DNA of 63,645 nt, filler included, from Sphacelaria rigidula (lineage: Eukaryota), in the NCBI GenBank assembly GCA_964200075.2. It is 10 parts of 10 records of this genome, joined end to end, with 100 filler letters (N's around TTAATTAATTAA, not from the genome) between each part and the next. Parts side by side here need not be neighbours in the genome. Positions count along the whole stretch, not along the records: positions 6,376 to 12,650 come from CAXNAA020021069.1; positions 12,751 to 19,025 come from CAXNAA020021070.1; positions 19,126 to 25,400 come from CAXNAA020021071.1; 7 more parts are not named here. One strand, given 5' to 3'. The position numbers were made by a program, and so were the translations under genes. Within the stretch, counting starts at the first letter, position 1. Each line of letters starts with the position of its first letter. The notes below the pieces were generated by a model. The model was given only the letters and a program-made list of their open reading frames with translations, had not been told where the DNA came from and did no database searches. Below are positions 11,899-23,892 of the stretch, one piece after another.

Positions 11899-12650
11899 CG
11901 CCTTTTGAAAATCGGGTCGGTAGAAATTTGGAATAGTATTTCGCAGGCCACTCACCGGCCCACGTTTGGTTTTTGTGTATTGAATTATTGTGTGGGCCCT
12001 CGCTAGGGTATAATTAACAAAACACAGTGGGTCAGTTTTTGTTACTATTTTTTTTACTGCTTTAGGGCGTTCTAGTATGGTAAAGACCATTTATTCACGA
12101 GAACGCCCTAACCTTTATGGAACAAAAAAGAAAGCAGGCCCAAATTGTTTTTCGGCACATCTTCGTGGCTCTCCATGTTAAGTGCCAAATCACAATTCTA
12201 CATATTGAGCTGATACATTGAGATAAGGCCTGAGAGCAATGTTCATTTCTCCTCAAAACTCCACGAAAAACACGCAAAAAAATGAAAAAAAATGGGGGAA
12301 AAAGCACGCAAAAAAAGTAAGAGGCTGTTTCGTTTTTGTTATCATGCACGAGCAGATCACCCTATGAAATTTCATAGAACAACTTCACACCCTGGACAAT
12401 ACAATATGTAATATATATTGCCCGCTCAATATATCGACGCGTCGGGTGGTCAATATATATTGGGCGAGCAATATGAACACTGCATTCGTGAGATTCAGAG
12501 GGTAGTTTCAGATTCAGAGTGAGACCCGAAACAATCGACTTTGCCGTCGATTTTGACATCGCCACAGTTCGAGGAGTAACGCGCCCAGCCGGTGAAGCGG
12601 TGGCTTCAATGAAAGCTGTCACTTACACGACCAATGTGACACATCACTTG

Positions 12651-12750
12651 NNNNNNNNNNNNNNNNNNNNNNNNNNNNNNNNNNNNNNNNNNNNTTAATT
12701 AATTAANNNNNNNNNNNNNNNNNNNNNNNNNNNNNNNNNNNNNNNNNNNN
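12651..12750. other. Artificial contig spacer
   Basis: N44-TTAATTAATTAA-N44. Confidence 0.99.
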
Positions 12751-12938
12751 ATGTTGGGCGAAAGGAGCGTGGATCGTATCGCATCATGTCTGCTACATCG
12801 TTTCTACAACTGTGTTTCGCATGCACGTGGACGGAACACAGTGTCGCAGGACATCAACGGGACCCGGACTGGCACTATCAGAGGGAGTTCGGCTATCGGC
12901 CCTGCTTCCGCACACTAGGACGCGTTCAAGAGGCTCAC

Positions 12939-13010
12939 CGCTGAGCTGGTTGACGTTGAGGTTAAGAAGCCGCAGGTTCTTCAGTTTTCCCAGCGACGAC
13001 GGTATCTCGC
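12939..13010 (-). CDS. LRR exon GEIPSSLGKLKNLRLLNLNVNQLS (LRR receptor, possibly ROCO-type)
   Basis: CAG acceptor, GTGAG donor, 72 nt, phase 1/1, 24-aa plant-type LRR consensus. Confidence 0.93.
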
Positions 13011-13202
13011 CTGCATGTTGGGCGAAAGGAGCGTGGATCAAATCGCATCATGTCTGCTATATCGTTTCTACAACTGTGTTTCGCCTGCACGTGGACGGAA
13101 CACAGTGTCGCAGGACATCAACGGGACCCGAACTGGCACTATCAGAGGGAGTTCGAATATCGGCCCTGCTTCCGCACACTAGGACACGTTTGAGAGACTC
13201 AC

Positions 13203-13274
13203 CGCTGAGCTGGTTTTGGTTGAGAGAAAGCTTCTGCAGGTTCTCCAGTTGTCCCAGCGACGACGGTATCTCGC
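13203..13274 (-). CDS. LRR exon GEIPSSLGQLENLQKLSLNQNQLS
   Basis: CAG/GTGAG, 72 nt, phase 1/1. Confidence 0.93.
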
Positions 13275-13467
13275 CTGCATGTTGGGCGAAAGGAGCGTGG
13301 ATCATATCGCATCATGTCTGCTATATCGTTTCTACAACTGTGTTCCGCCTGCACGTGGATGGAACACAGTGCTCGCAGGACATCAACGGGACCCGGACTG
13401 GCACTATCAGAGGGAGTTCGGGTATCGGCCCTGCTTCCGCACACTAAGACGCGTTTGAGAGACTCAC

Positions 13468-13539
13468 CGCTGAGCTGGTTGTCCATGAGGTTAAGAAGCC
13501 GCAGGTTCTTCAGTTGTCCAAGCCACGACGGTATCTCGC
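13468..13539 (-). CDS. LRR exon GEIPSWLGQLKNLRLLNLMDNQLS
   Basis: CAG/GTGAG, 72 nt, phase 1/1. Confidence 0.93.
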
Positions 13540-13731
13540 CTGCATGTTGGGCGAAAGGAGCGTGGATCAAATCGCATCATGTCTGCTATATCGTCCCTAC
13601 AGCTGGGTTTCGCCTGCACGTGGACGGAACACAGTGTCGCAGGACATCAACGGGACCCGAACTGGCACTATCAGAGGGAGTTCGAACATCGGCCCTGCTT
13701 CCGCACACTAGGACGCGTTTGAGAGACTCAC

Positions 13732-13803
13732 CGCTGAGCTGGTTACCGCCGAGGGAAAGACGCTGCAGGTTCTCCAGTTGTCCCAGCGACGACGGTATCT
13801 CGC
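13732..13803 (-). CDS. LRR exon GEIPSSLGQLENLQRLSLGGNQLS
   Basis: CAG/GTGAG, 72 nt, phase 1/1. Confidence 0.93.
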
Positions 13804-13961
13804 CTGCGTGTTGGGCGAAAGGAGTGTGGATCATATCGCATCATGTCTGCTACATCGTTTCTACAGCTGTGTTCCGCCTGCACGTGGACGGAACACAGTG
13901 TCGCAGGACATCAACGGGACCCGGACTGGCACTATCAGAGGGAGTTTGGCTATCGGCCCTG

Positions 13962-14222
13962 TAATAGATAGCCTCATGCACCGGGTGCGTTGTAATACCT
14001 GGGAAAAACGCTCATACAAAATGACATGTCATAATCCCAGATTTTCGGCACGCAAAAAGGCGTGTGCCGCCACAGCAGATATGCACTGCAACCACTACAT
14101 AGGGTATACCTTAAATAACAGAATGATATCTTATTCGTATTTCCCCTGCACGTCATGATCCAATCTCCATATCTATTTCCTTCGTATGCAGGCAGATCCT
14201 GGAGCGTAAGTATAATCGATTA
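13962..14222. mobile_element. MITE inserted in an LRR-array intron
   Basis: Absent from sister introns. Flanked by duplicated CCCTG (13957-13961 and 14223-14227; a 3-bp CCT reading is also possible). Ends are TAATAGAT and ATCGATTA. Confidence 0.85.
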
Positions 14223-14261
14223 CCCTGCTTCCGCACACTAAGACGCGTTTGAGAGACTCAC

Positions 14262-14333
14262 CGCTGAGCTGGTTGAATACGAGGAAAAGATGCTGCAGGT
14301 TCTCCAGTTGTCCCAGCGAAGACGGTATCTCGC
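14262..14333 (-). CDS. LRR exon GEIPSSLGQLENLQHLFLVFNQLS
   Basis: CAG/GTGAG, 72 nt, phase 1/1. Confidence 0.93.
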
Positions 14334-14400
14334 CTGCATGTTGGGCGAAAGGAGCGTGGATCATATCGCATCATGTCTGCTATATCGTTTCTACAACTGT

Positions 14401-15145
14401 GTCCGTTTTAGGTGCAGGGTGCGCATTAGGTGGTGTGCATCTGACGTAGCAAGCAGTATGTGACGCAGTAGAAGGCTTCCTCCAAGATGCGGCGACCGAC
14501 GGGCCGCCCGTCACTCGTGGCTTTGGATGATACTATTGTCCACATCACCTTGTCATACAGCCCTTTGTGGTCGGGGCGGGCCGCCTTTCCCCGTTTGTTG
14601 CGTGTGGAAAATTCTCTTCGAAGGGTATCAGCGCTGCGGTGCGCATACATACAACAGAATAGTCAATGTTTTTCAACCCTTTTGGGGACCGAACCTCCAG
14701 AACGGCCAATGAGGCCGGTGAGGAATGGCGTGTCTCGCGTCTCAGCGAAACACGGAAATGTTGCTGAAAACCGGCGGATGTAACTGCAGGGTTACGACGA
14801 AGACCGAAAGTTTTATCCAGTCTGTTTCCAGGTGCAGGGTGCGCATTAGGTGGTGTACATCTCAAGTAACAAGCTTCCAACAAGATACACGACCGGCGGG
14901 CCGCCCGCAACTCGTGGCTTTGGACGATACTTTTGTCCCCATCACCTCGTCATACAGCCCTTTGCGGTCGGGGCGGGCCGCCATTGCCCCCTTCGTTGCA
15001 TGCGGCAGTTTCTCTTCGAAGGGTACCAGCGCTGCGGTGCGCATGCATACAACAGAATAGTACAGTACCCTGTGGTACGCCTCTCCGACTGAAGCAGCAG
15101 CTGCCGCTGCATACTACCTTGCACGTTTTGGGTAATTCTCAGCTA
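14401..15145. repeat. Dispersed repeat, partially tandem (about 420-bp period)
   Basis: AGGTGCAGGGTGCGCATTAGGT at 14410, 14830 and 30396, with colinear downstream sequence. Confidence 0.85.
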
Positions 15146-18100
15146 CCGATACTAGCTGCCTTTGTACCGCTTTCTCATCCCCGCCCATTGGTCAACTTAC
15201 GACGTCAAGGCTACTCAGAAGACAGCATAAAGTCGTAAGCCCACTTTTGCTGAAGCCACATGGCACCGGAGCCTCCTCCATGTCTTTCAGTGCACCAAAC
15301 CGTCCAAAAATGCGCGTCCGTTGTATCGGTAGCGGTGGGTGACGAACGGCGGTTTGTTTTCATTCCCTCTTGGAACACGATATCCCAGGAGTTCGATGAA
15401 AATCGTGCATATTCATGAAATGAAAAGGCATACCCATGGAACAACAAATACACCTGCACAGGGCGAGTCATTCATCCGCTAGAATTGTAGAACGATGGAC
15501 ATGACAAGAAAGTCGACCAACATCCGCCCAGCCAACATGACACACCCGGCGAATGTACTCCACTTGTCCGTGCAAGGACCGTCCTCTTCGTAGTTGATCA
15601 GTACATTTCGTTCTGTCGCTTATTGAGCATACGATTTTGTAAAAATGAATGGTTCAGCGTTCCCGTTTCAGGCGTTGGGCTACAAATAATCATGGTTCAT
15701 ATTACTCCGTTTGAATGTGTACAAGAAGTGGATTTCAAGTAGCACTGACAGTCCCGTGGGCTCCTCGTATGAGCAGAACGTGTTTTCGTTGAAATCCGCG
15801 CCACAGGCGTCCTATCCACAGCCGTCCTTGCCCGAGAGTTCTCGGTGTGCGTTGGGTTGGATCAACCCAACTAGCCTCCTGGCATTCCAGCGTATCGTGA
15901 GCATGGACGAAAAGCTACGCAGTGGCATCCAGCACATGTGGAACAACAACGGAAGTAACGGTAGGATTCTGTATATGAATTTTGGATCCATGTCGTTCTC
16001 TTCCGGTGACGTTGGGCATATTTTACCCGACGAGCCTGAATAAGCCCCAGAAGTCGATATGTTCGTTTTTTTTTTCGTGATTTTGGTCGTTGACACTTTT
16101 TTTGCCCAGTTTGGGGGTCAGGCGCACCCATAACTGTGTTCAAGTTTCAATACTTGCGGTGGGAAATGTTTTGTACCACTGAGACCATAGTACGGTTTTA
16201 CTGTTGTCTGTAGTACAAGTGTGCACATGTCTACTTGTGTTCGTTTGCATACTTCCATACTTGGAGACACTACAGTTGTTCTCGATGAAGGTCCACCATA
16301 TGCAGTAATCCTAGCTGCGGAAAGGCGAGAGGGGGAACGGAGGAACACCTGTCGACCGGGCCCGATACGACGTGCAAGGCCTGAAGTGCGCCACCCATGC
16401 AGCCGCTACGGCGATCTCGAACGAATGGCCACCCAACGGTGGTGTGACTGCGCGAGCTAACGCAAGCTTCACGTTAGGTTGCCAGTTCAAGTCCTCTTGG
16501 CAGCTGCTTGAGCGGCCGACTCACGCACTATCGCATCATCATGAGCCAGATCAACTGGTGTCTCGGCTTCCCCGTTCTCTTTTGAGTGTTGCTTGTAGTT
16601 ATGGGTCACCCTTGTGAACGAGCTGCCGTCACCAATGTCGTCACAGGTGTTCACGACATCCGCCACCGCCTCATTCATGATATTTGTTCTGTAACCTTGG
16701 TCGTTATAGGGCAGGGTGTCTAGTTCCGTTTCGTAGTCCCGAGTTTGACACCAGCGCTTTCGGATGTGTAGCACCTCCGGTTTTTTTTTCCAAGGAGGAA
16801 ATTAATCATGAGTTGCTGAGAATGTCTCTTCTCAGGGGTCAGTTTTCAGGGTTCATCCAAGGGGAATTCGTCACATCCTGGCCTTATTCCGAACTTTCTC
16901 GACAGTCCCCGAGTTTTTCCTCATCACCGAGATCTGATTTGTGTTTCCGAAACCCTCTTTTGTGATGCGGGGAGGACCGCGTGCACTCGAGACCGTTTCG
17001 GAATCATCACACACTAAGATCAAAATTTCCCAAGATCATCGGGGACAGTCCCCTCAGGACTCTGCCCCTGACTCTATCGCGCACCCCAACCCTCGACGGT
17101 GTTGAAACTTGGACGCGGTCTGAACAGCACACGGTCCTTCGGCCAACAGCACACGGCCAAGTCCTCCCGAGAGTAGTCATGGCAAAACAGATGAAACCGT
17201 CAATCACTTGGTGCCAGCTTTTCCCGTAGACTCCATCATCGCGACTTCATCAACCGCCTCCCAAACGAGTTTGATTGAAACAGTGACTGGTTTGTTCAAT
17301 ATATGTTCGTACCTACCAGCAACCTGTAATGCGCGGGGAACGTTACTCCCCGCTCTTTGATGGAAATCCGGGATTGGACGGATCGCGCACGCACCAAGCC
17401 ATATTTTTGGGTGAGCCTCGAATTCTCCCGTCGATATTCTGCCGGAGATTCCGTGGTGTCGGGCGGTTCATGTTCCCTCGCCCCCTCGCCCCCCTCTCTA
17501 CCCGCCCCTTTGTTGGCGGAATTCACTGGCCCCATGCAGACTGGACATCACAAGATGTGTACAACGTATTTCTTTGGAATGATCTTCAAACACATCACAC
17601 CCGTTCTGTACAGACAGGCACCACCACGCAAGCCCGATGACAAGCTATATCAAACTTTCCGGTACACCAGGGTACACGCTGAAATCGGAACACCGGCTTT
17701 ATCGGAAAGTTGTTCGATGGTACGGCTACAGACAAGTTGTACGACGTATTTGCGGCAGCGTCGCATCAGGCCCGCGAAGTGTAAGGTGGCCCCACCTAGG
17801 TGGCCCTGGATATCGCCCCGGGAGGGCCGCGGAAGTAGAATTTCGGGGATACAAGCAAATATTTCATTGGGAAATTACGTGACAGATAAGAGCACACGGT
17901 GAAATTGATGTCCATTTCACAGACCGCGCAGCTCGCCTGCGAGTAGTAGCTGTCGAAGGGTGGAAATGGGCGCTGGCGTCAAGAACAACCGTTACCTGGG
18001 TATTTGAATACATTCACCGTCAATATTTTGCCGGCGCAAACGCTCGACTACATCGTGTTCTGGATGGTGGAGGGGAAAATGATGTCCATCCAGTCGTCGA

Positions 18101-19025
18101 GACTCTGGGCGATTGTGGGCACTGCTCCGCCACGATAGCAATTATCTTCCTGTATGAAAAAGTCTTGGGAGCAACCCAAATTCCGGAATCACCACATGCT
18201 ATGTTGCTTAAAAAACAGCCGTGTTGAACAATACAACAGTAATATCAAAAGCTTTCAGCGGGGTTTATGCCCCTACATCATTTACCTTAGACTGCTACGA
18301 AGAGCGTTCGCAAGGCGCTGCGGCTTCCTCACCAACGCAGCAGAGTGAAGGGAGTACAAGGAGTATTACTGCTCTACGCTTCATCGCATGGCCCAAATCG
18401 AACGCAAAACTCAACACGACTTCAGTGCGGAAAAAAGAAGGGGGCCGGGGGGCAATATGCAAGGCGATTTCGTCGGAAAATGAAAAGAGAGGGCACTCGA
18501 ACACTAAAGTTCTTCTCACGAATTCGCCGGCTGCGTGCTGTGCGCTCAATAAGCGGAACCAGCAAGACTGAGGCTGTAGCGGAGAAAAATTGAAGAATTA
18601 GGGAACCCTCGGATGTTCCCGGGTTCTCAACTGACAGTACGCTGGAGTTAGACCCCGCGTTCTTTTCTTAGAGCGAGGAGACAGGGTACTGTTTCACTAT
18701 TCCTGTGAACTCACCTGTTGTGTGTCGTTCGGCGTGCTCGGCTACCCGGTCTTTTTCTCGCTGAAGAGAGGCAGTGCTCTGGCAGGTTATGCGTCCAGAC
18801 ACAGAGGACCTGGCGATAGACGATGAAACTTGATGTGTGTGTGTAGGTTGAAGCGCAGGTGTAAATATTACAACAGACGGTGACGGCGACCCAAGATGTT
18901 TTGAGCGTTGCGTGGGGTGAAAAAGGTAGTGGTGAACACAGGGCCGGTCAATTGAACACGGAACATTCAACATTCCTGCAATTTCCAATGACAATTATCG
19001 TAGAGTATACGATATCAAACGGGCG

Positions 19026-19125
19026 NNNNNNNNNNNNNNNNNNNNNNNNNNNNNNNNNNNNNNNNNNNNTTAATTAATTAANNNNNNNNNNNNNNNNNNN
19101 NNNNNNNNNNNNNNNNNNNNNNNNN
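19026..19125. other. Artificial contig spacer
   Basis: N44-TTAATTAATTAA-N44. Confidence 0.99.
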
Positions 19126-20179
19126 AAACGACGTAAAAGCTCCAAAAAGGCACTTTTCCGGGGTTTTATTTTTGTCTATTATAAGAAGCGGCCTTAGCAC
19201 ATTACTTTTCGATCGAAATTGTGCAGTGGAAAACAAAAATCCCGATCTGACCGGTCGTAATTTCAACCATCGTCGTTGATTTTTAAAATGGTTGAAATTC
19301 ACGACCTATCAGATCGGGATTTTTGTTTTCCACCGTACTTTTTCCATCGAAAAATGATGTGTCAAGACACGGCCTTATAAAATGGACTCGAAAACATGCG
19401 GTCGAATCGAATTGGTCGCGTCGAGGCCGTATCAGATACGTCGACGACATTTATGTTCTCAGATGGCTTCAAGTTCATTTTGAATTATCTGCGCGCGACG
19501 GGCAGAGTCAAAAACATAAAAGCTTAGCTTTGTCGAGCGAAACAAGCGGCGGAAATGAACGAAGCGGCACATGACTCTCATGTTGCAGACAACCATGCCA
19601 GATACCACCCTTTCACGGAACTATGCAAAACTTGCATGGTTCATTCGCAGCTACCAACTCAACTCTGCAGTATATTGTATACTGCAGTGAGAGGGAACCG
19701 ACACCACAAACCTTTTGGCATGACCTTTTTTTTTGTTGGCGAAAGCTTGGGCATCTAATATTGGGTGGGGTCCACTGACGGAGTTGCATGTTGGGGGAGG
19801 CGATCGTATTGCGAACAAGCTCATGGACAGTGGAGGCAGTGCAAAACTGCACGTGATTCAAACCTTCTTCGCTACCTCCTAAATGTAGAGTACAGACATG
19901 TCCTGCTGCCCGCTTCTTTTCCACATCGCGCCTGCATGCTGTACGAAACACACAACGCACGGTCAGCATGTACTGTCTGTACTTTCTGTAATGCTGTCTG
20001 TTTTGAATACAAGTGAACAAGTACCGCTTCACGAATTCGTTTAGCCTTTTCGATTCAAAGCGTGCACATTCACTCGGACACAAACACAGTAGAACGAAAC
20101 GAATCATTCCGCCGCACAAACTCGTTCGAGTTGAAAAATATTTGTCAAGACACGACCTCAGTCTTGCGCCAGAATAAAA

Positions 20180-21271
20180 GGGTCAATGGCGTAGAAAAGG
20201 TATGCCTTCTCGTATTTTGCCTGAGAAAGGTACGAAACATTACCAGAAACGCCAAAACAGCAACACACACAATCTAGACCGATTTCGCTGCGAATTTTTC
20301 ACGCACAGCAATCGTGGGCTCCTCGGCACCCAGGCCTAAAAAAAGCAGAAGAAAAACACTTTACTCGCGAGATATGGCTATGCGCAGAAGGACGTCTCGC
20401 CTCCAGAAACCACTTCCCCTTTCAAGGCCAAATTTCGGCCAGGTATACCTGATCTAGAGATCCTTCTTCAATCGTACCTCATCTGGGCCACCAGTCGGCC
20501 CAAAAAGTACCTGTCCTGGGCCATCGCTTCCCATACTGTACCTGATGCGGCATACTGAGGGCGAGGGAATCCACGCGCCAACTCCAACCATGGCGCCCAC
20601 ACATTCGTCTCTTTTTCCGCCCATTTGCCGTTCACGAACGCCATAACGACAACATGTTACTAACCCTAACGCCACAACCGTTAATACGGAACACAACACC
20701 AGCCCCAGATCGCAGCAGCACGATGTTACTTTATACTCCTCAAGCGCAAAAGAACGTCGCGTTGTAAGTTGTGAGTTCAGTTCTAGTGTCGATCGGAGAG
20801 ACTCGGGAACCATTTCCGGGGGGAAATGGGTGCGGTCGCTGTGGCGTTCGTAAACGGCAAATGGGCGGGAAAAGAGACGAATGTGTGGGCGCCATGGTTG
20901 GAGTTGGCGCGTGGATTCCCTTGCCGCATCAGGTACAGTATGGGAAGCGATGGCTCAGATAAGGTATGATTGAAGAACGATTACTAGATCAGGTATACCT
21001 GGCCGAAATTTGGCCTAGAAAGGGGGAGTGGTTTCTGGAGGCGAGACGATATTCTGCGCATAGCCATATCTCGCGAGTAGAATGTTTTTTCCTGTTTTTT
21101 TCCTGTTTTTTTCGAGACCCGGGTGCCGAGGTGCCCCAGCTTGCTGTGCGTGAAAAATTCGGAGCGAAATCGGTCTAGATTGTATGTGTTGCTGTTTTGG
21201 CGTTTCTGGTCATGTTACGTACGTGTCTTTGGCAAAATACGGGAAGGCATACCTTTCCTATGCCGTTGCCC
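20180..21271. mobile_element. Non-autonomous long-TIR element, Mutator-like
   Basis: Arms about 20180-20650 and 20835-21271 are inverted copies. Flanks AGAATAAAA and AGATGAAAA match 7/9, a candidate 9-bp TSD. Confidence 0.8.
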
Positions 21272-21664
21272 AGATGAAAATATATACGGGGTTACACGCA
21301 CTATGAGTGTAAAGGCCCGCACTTGGCCCACATACAAAAGTCGGAATTTTTTCGATGTACAGTACCAGAAGATAATTTAGTTGATTAAATTGGCGGGCGA
21401 AGCCCGCAACAAAGTGCATACCCCCGACACAGGGGGTAACTCAATCCGGTTTCATCGCGAAGCGCGATTTTGGCCGAGCTTTCAAAACCGGCACCCGGCC
21501 AATATTGAGGACCCGTTCAAAATCAGGCTCAGGACTAAAATCTGAGACATGTTGTGTGTTTGGACCTTGCGAATACGGTTTGATCTCCGCTGGCATTGCC
21601 TGAGCTGCTATATTGTCGTTGTATTCGTCTCTGTAGAAAGCAATGTTAGTCGGCACGTAATGCT

Positions 21665-21948
21665 GTCTACGCACTGACTGTCGAAAACCTCCTGGTGCGT
21701 TGGCTGTTTCGTCTTCCGTAAAACGAACAAGGCGCTGCCCGCTTCTGCGGTACTCTGTGTAGCTGGTGCTGTGCGTTGGGGCACTGTACTGTATGCACTG
21801 CAGAAGGAAGTTGGGGTATTAAAAACAAATGAAAAAAGAAAAAGCTCCTGTGTTGACCTTCCTCCTGTGTGACCCCGGTTGATGCGCCCACATATACCGA
21901 AAGGTGTAGACTGGCGCCCAGAAAAAATGGGACGACAACGCACACACT
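21665..21948 (+). mobile_element. SINE-like repeat (body and 3' end)
   Basis: Shares its 3' end with 6376-6455 and 52485-52640. Confidence 0.65.
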
Positions 21949-23892
21949 GCATTAATTATTGTGTTGTGTCGGAACGTGGACTATCTGCGTGATTGGCCAT
22001 GAGATTAGACTGCACGAACAGTAGGCTTTAGACTACTCTCCAAGTACTTTCCAGGTGGTTACCAAGTGAAACTGTCCCACTTGCTTTTCAGTTTCCCCCA
22101 AAATGAGGCCGCGGGTGCCCAAAGGGGCGAAGACGATGATAGATTTCGGCATGGTGGCTCGTTTGTGGTGGACAAAAAGAACGGTGATGGTTTTCTTGCA
22201 ACCCTTGTAACACCCATGCTTTCTGTTCCGAGATTTTTCCGCCCACAGCCCCGCGAGGTTTTGGAAGATGGCGTATGTAGGCGAAGATAGTGGTTGCTTA
22301 TACGGTAGAGGACATGCGCGCTTGACAGTAGTGTCGCGAGCTGTTGAGATTTAGCTCGTTGGCGTACGAACAGCCTTGGCCATGGCTGGGCGAGGAAACG
22401 GCGAGAGTGCTGAGATTTTCCGTGCATGTATTCATTATCCTGGTGCATTTGTTGTCATACGTCGTACATCCATCACGACATGTACAGTTGGCAAGATCGC
22501 CGCTGGTGTTTTGCTGTACTGAGGGCGCGACGTGCCCCTAGTCATGGCTTGTGCACGAAGAAGTATTACGCGCGGTATATGCGTGGCAACCGCCTGTTGT
22601 ACGCAGGCGTTGTCCCTTCCCCCCCAAAAAACAGCTGTTGTATCCCGAACCTCTTCAACGAACATGTCCGTTTAGCGCTCAACTTCTGTAGTATTTAAGA
22701 TTGAAGATGAAATATAGAACCATTCACATTTGTGCCGATATGATAAATAGTTATTACTACGACAAAATCACCCGAACATCCAGGCGAATGAGTTATTGCC
22801 TTTTCAAGAATTGTCTGATCTCTATCCAGTGTTACAGAGTATACTACTGTATCTGGCATGGCAGTCGACTGCAATCGTAAAATGATGTTCAATATTTGTG
22901 TTGACCGGTATCCGAGCTCTCATCTTGGTTTGGCGATGCGATGTGCTTGTGTGTGCGTGGATTTCAAACGCACGAGCATTCGGCACTGCAGTTTCTTTTT
23001 TTTAAACACACAGTTGTTGCACAGCATAGGCAGTGCAATCGTAGAGCGTGTGTGGGCAGACAAGTACATACGTGTTGAGTGCTCAGGATCATCAGCTCAA
23101 GCTCTCTGAAACAATGACTATAATTTTACATGCTCATCATTGCCTCTACGTGTTGCACAGTTGGCATTTTATTTATTACATACATGTGCTCCACCTGCAG
23201 ACACACATGCGACGAAACTCCATCCATCTGCGGGACGATACGCTATAACCATGTCCTGCAGTTGTTGCACAAGTCTCGCGGTGCTCTCCCTTGACATGTA
23301 TGTACAGTTTGAACTCTGGCATATATGCTCCTTCTCTTCCTAGCTCTCTCTCGTTCCCGTCCCTCTCAAGGCACGAACTGCTCTCTGCTGTTGGACTTTC
23401 AAGTGATTTCTGGGCGATGGTTTTGCTTTCTTGTCGGGGGGAGGGAGGTGGAGCGGGGGCAACGAGTGACTCAAGTTTGAAATTTTGGATTTTTCCTGGG
23501 GTAAAATAATACTGTACGATCAGGGACCAAAATCCGTCTTCTACGGGGGCAGGGGGGGGGGGGTGTAGTCATTATTGCTTGCCTTAGTCATTGACTATTG
23601 ACTACGCACTCCATTCGAGACGGAGCACCTTTCCTACTCCTTCAACATTTGGGCGCTCATTACGTTTCTTTCATACATTTCACGACAACCTTTAACATAC
23701 CTTATCCCCTTCTTGTTTCACACTCTGTGGCCACCAGCCATCTCCTAGTATGGCAATCGTTTTCTCGCTAGGGGGGGGGGGGGATAGCAACGAGTAGCCC
23801 AATCATGAAATTTGAGATATTTTTTGGCAAGAAAATCCTGTACGATCAGGGATCGAAAATCTTCTGGAGTATGACTGACGGTGACATATGAA

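Larger units (their letters stand above)
12751..14400 (-). repeat. Tandem exon-intron array, 264-bp unit (72-bp LRR exon plus 192-bp intron)
   Basis: Six near-identical intron copies and five exons. The array runs off the contig start. Confidence 0.97.

Noticed and set aside
12812..13964. Long plus-strand ORFs (211 and 216 aa)
   Set aside because: Antisense read-through of a repeat whose unit length is a multiple of 3. Splice signals and the LRR consensus are on the minus strand.
12751..14400. CRISPR-like array (constant repeats with variable inserts)
   Set aside because: Units are 264 bp, the variable part is a few codons within a spliced LRR exon, and no cas genes are present.
15150..18600. 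Short ORFs such as 17357-17902 as genes
   Set aside because: No motifs or consistent splice structure; probably decayed repeats.
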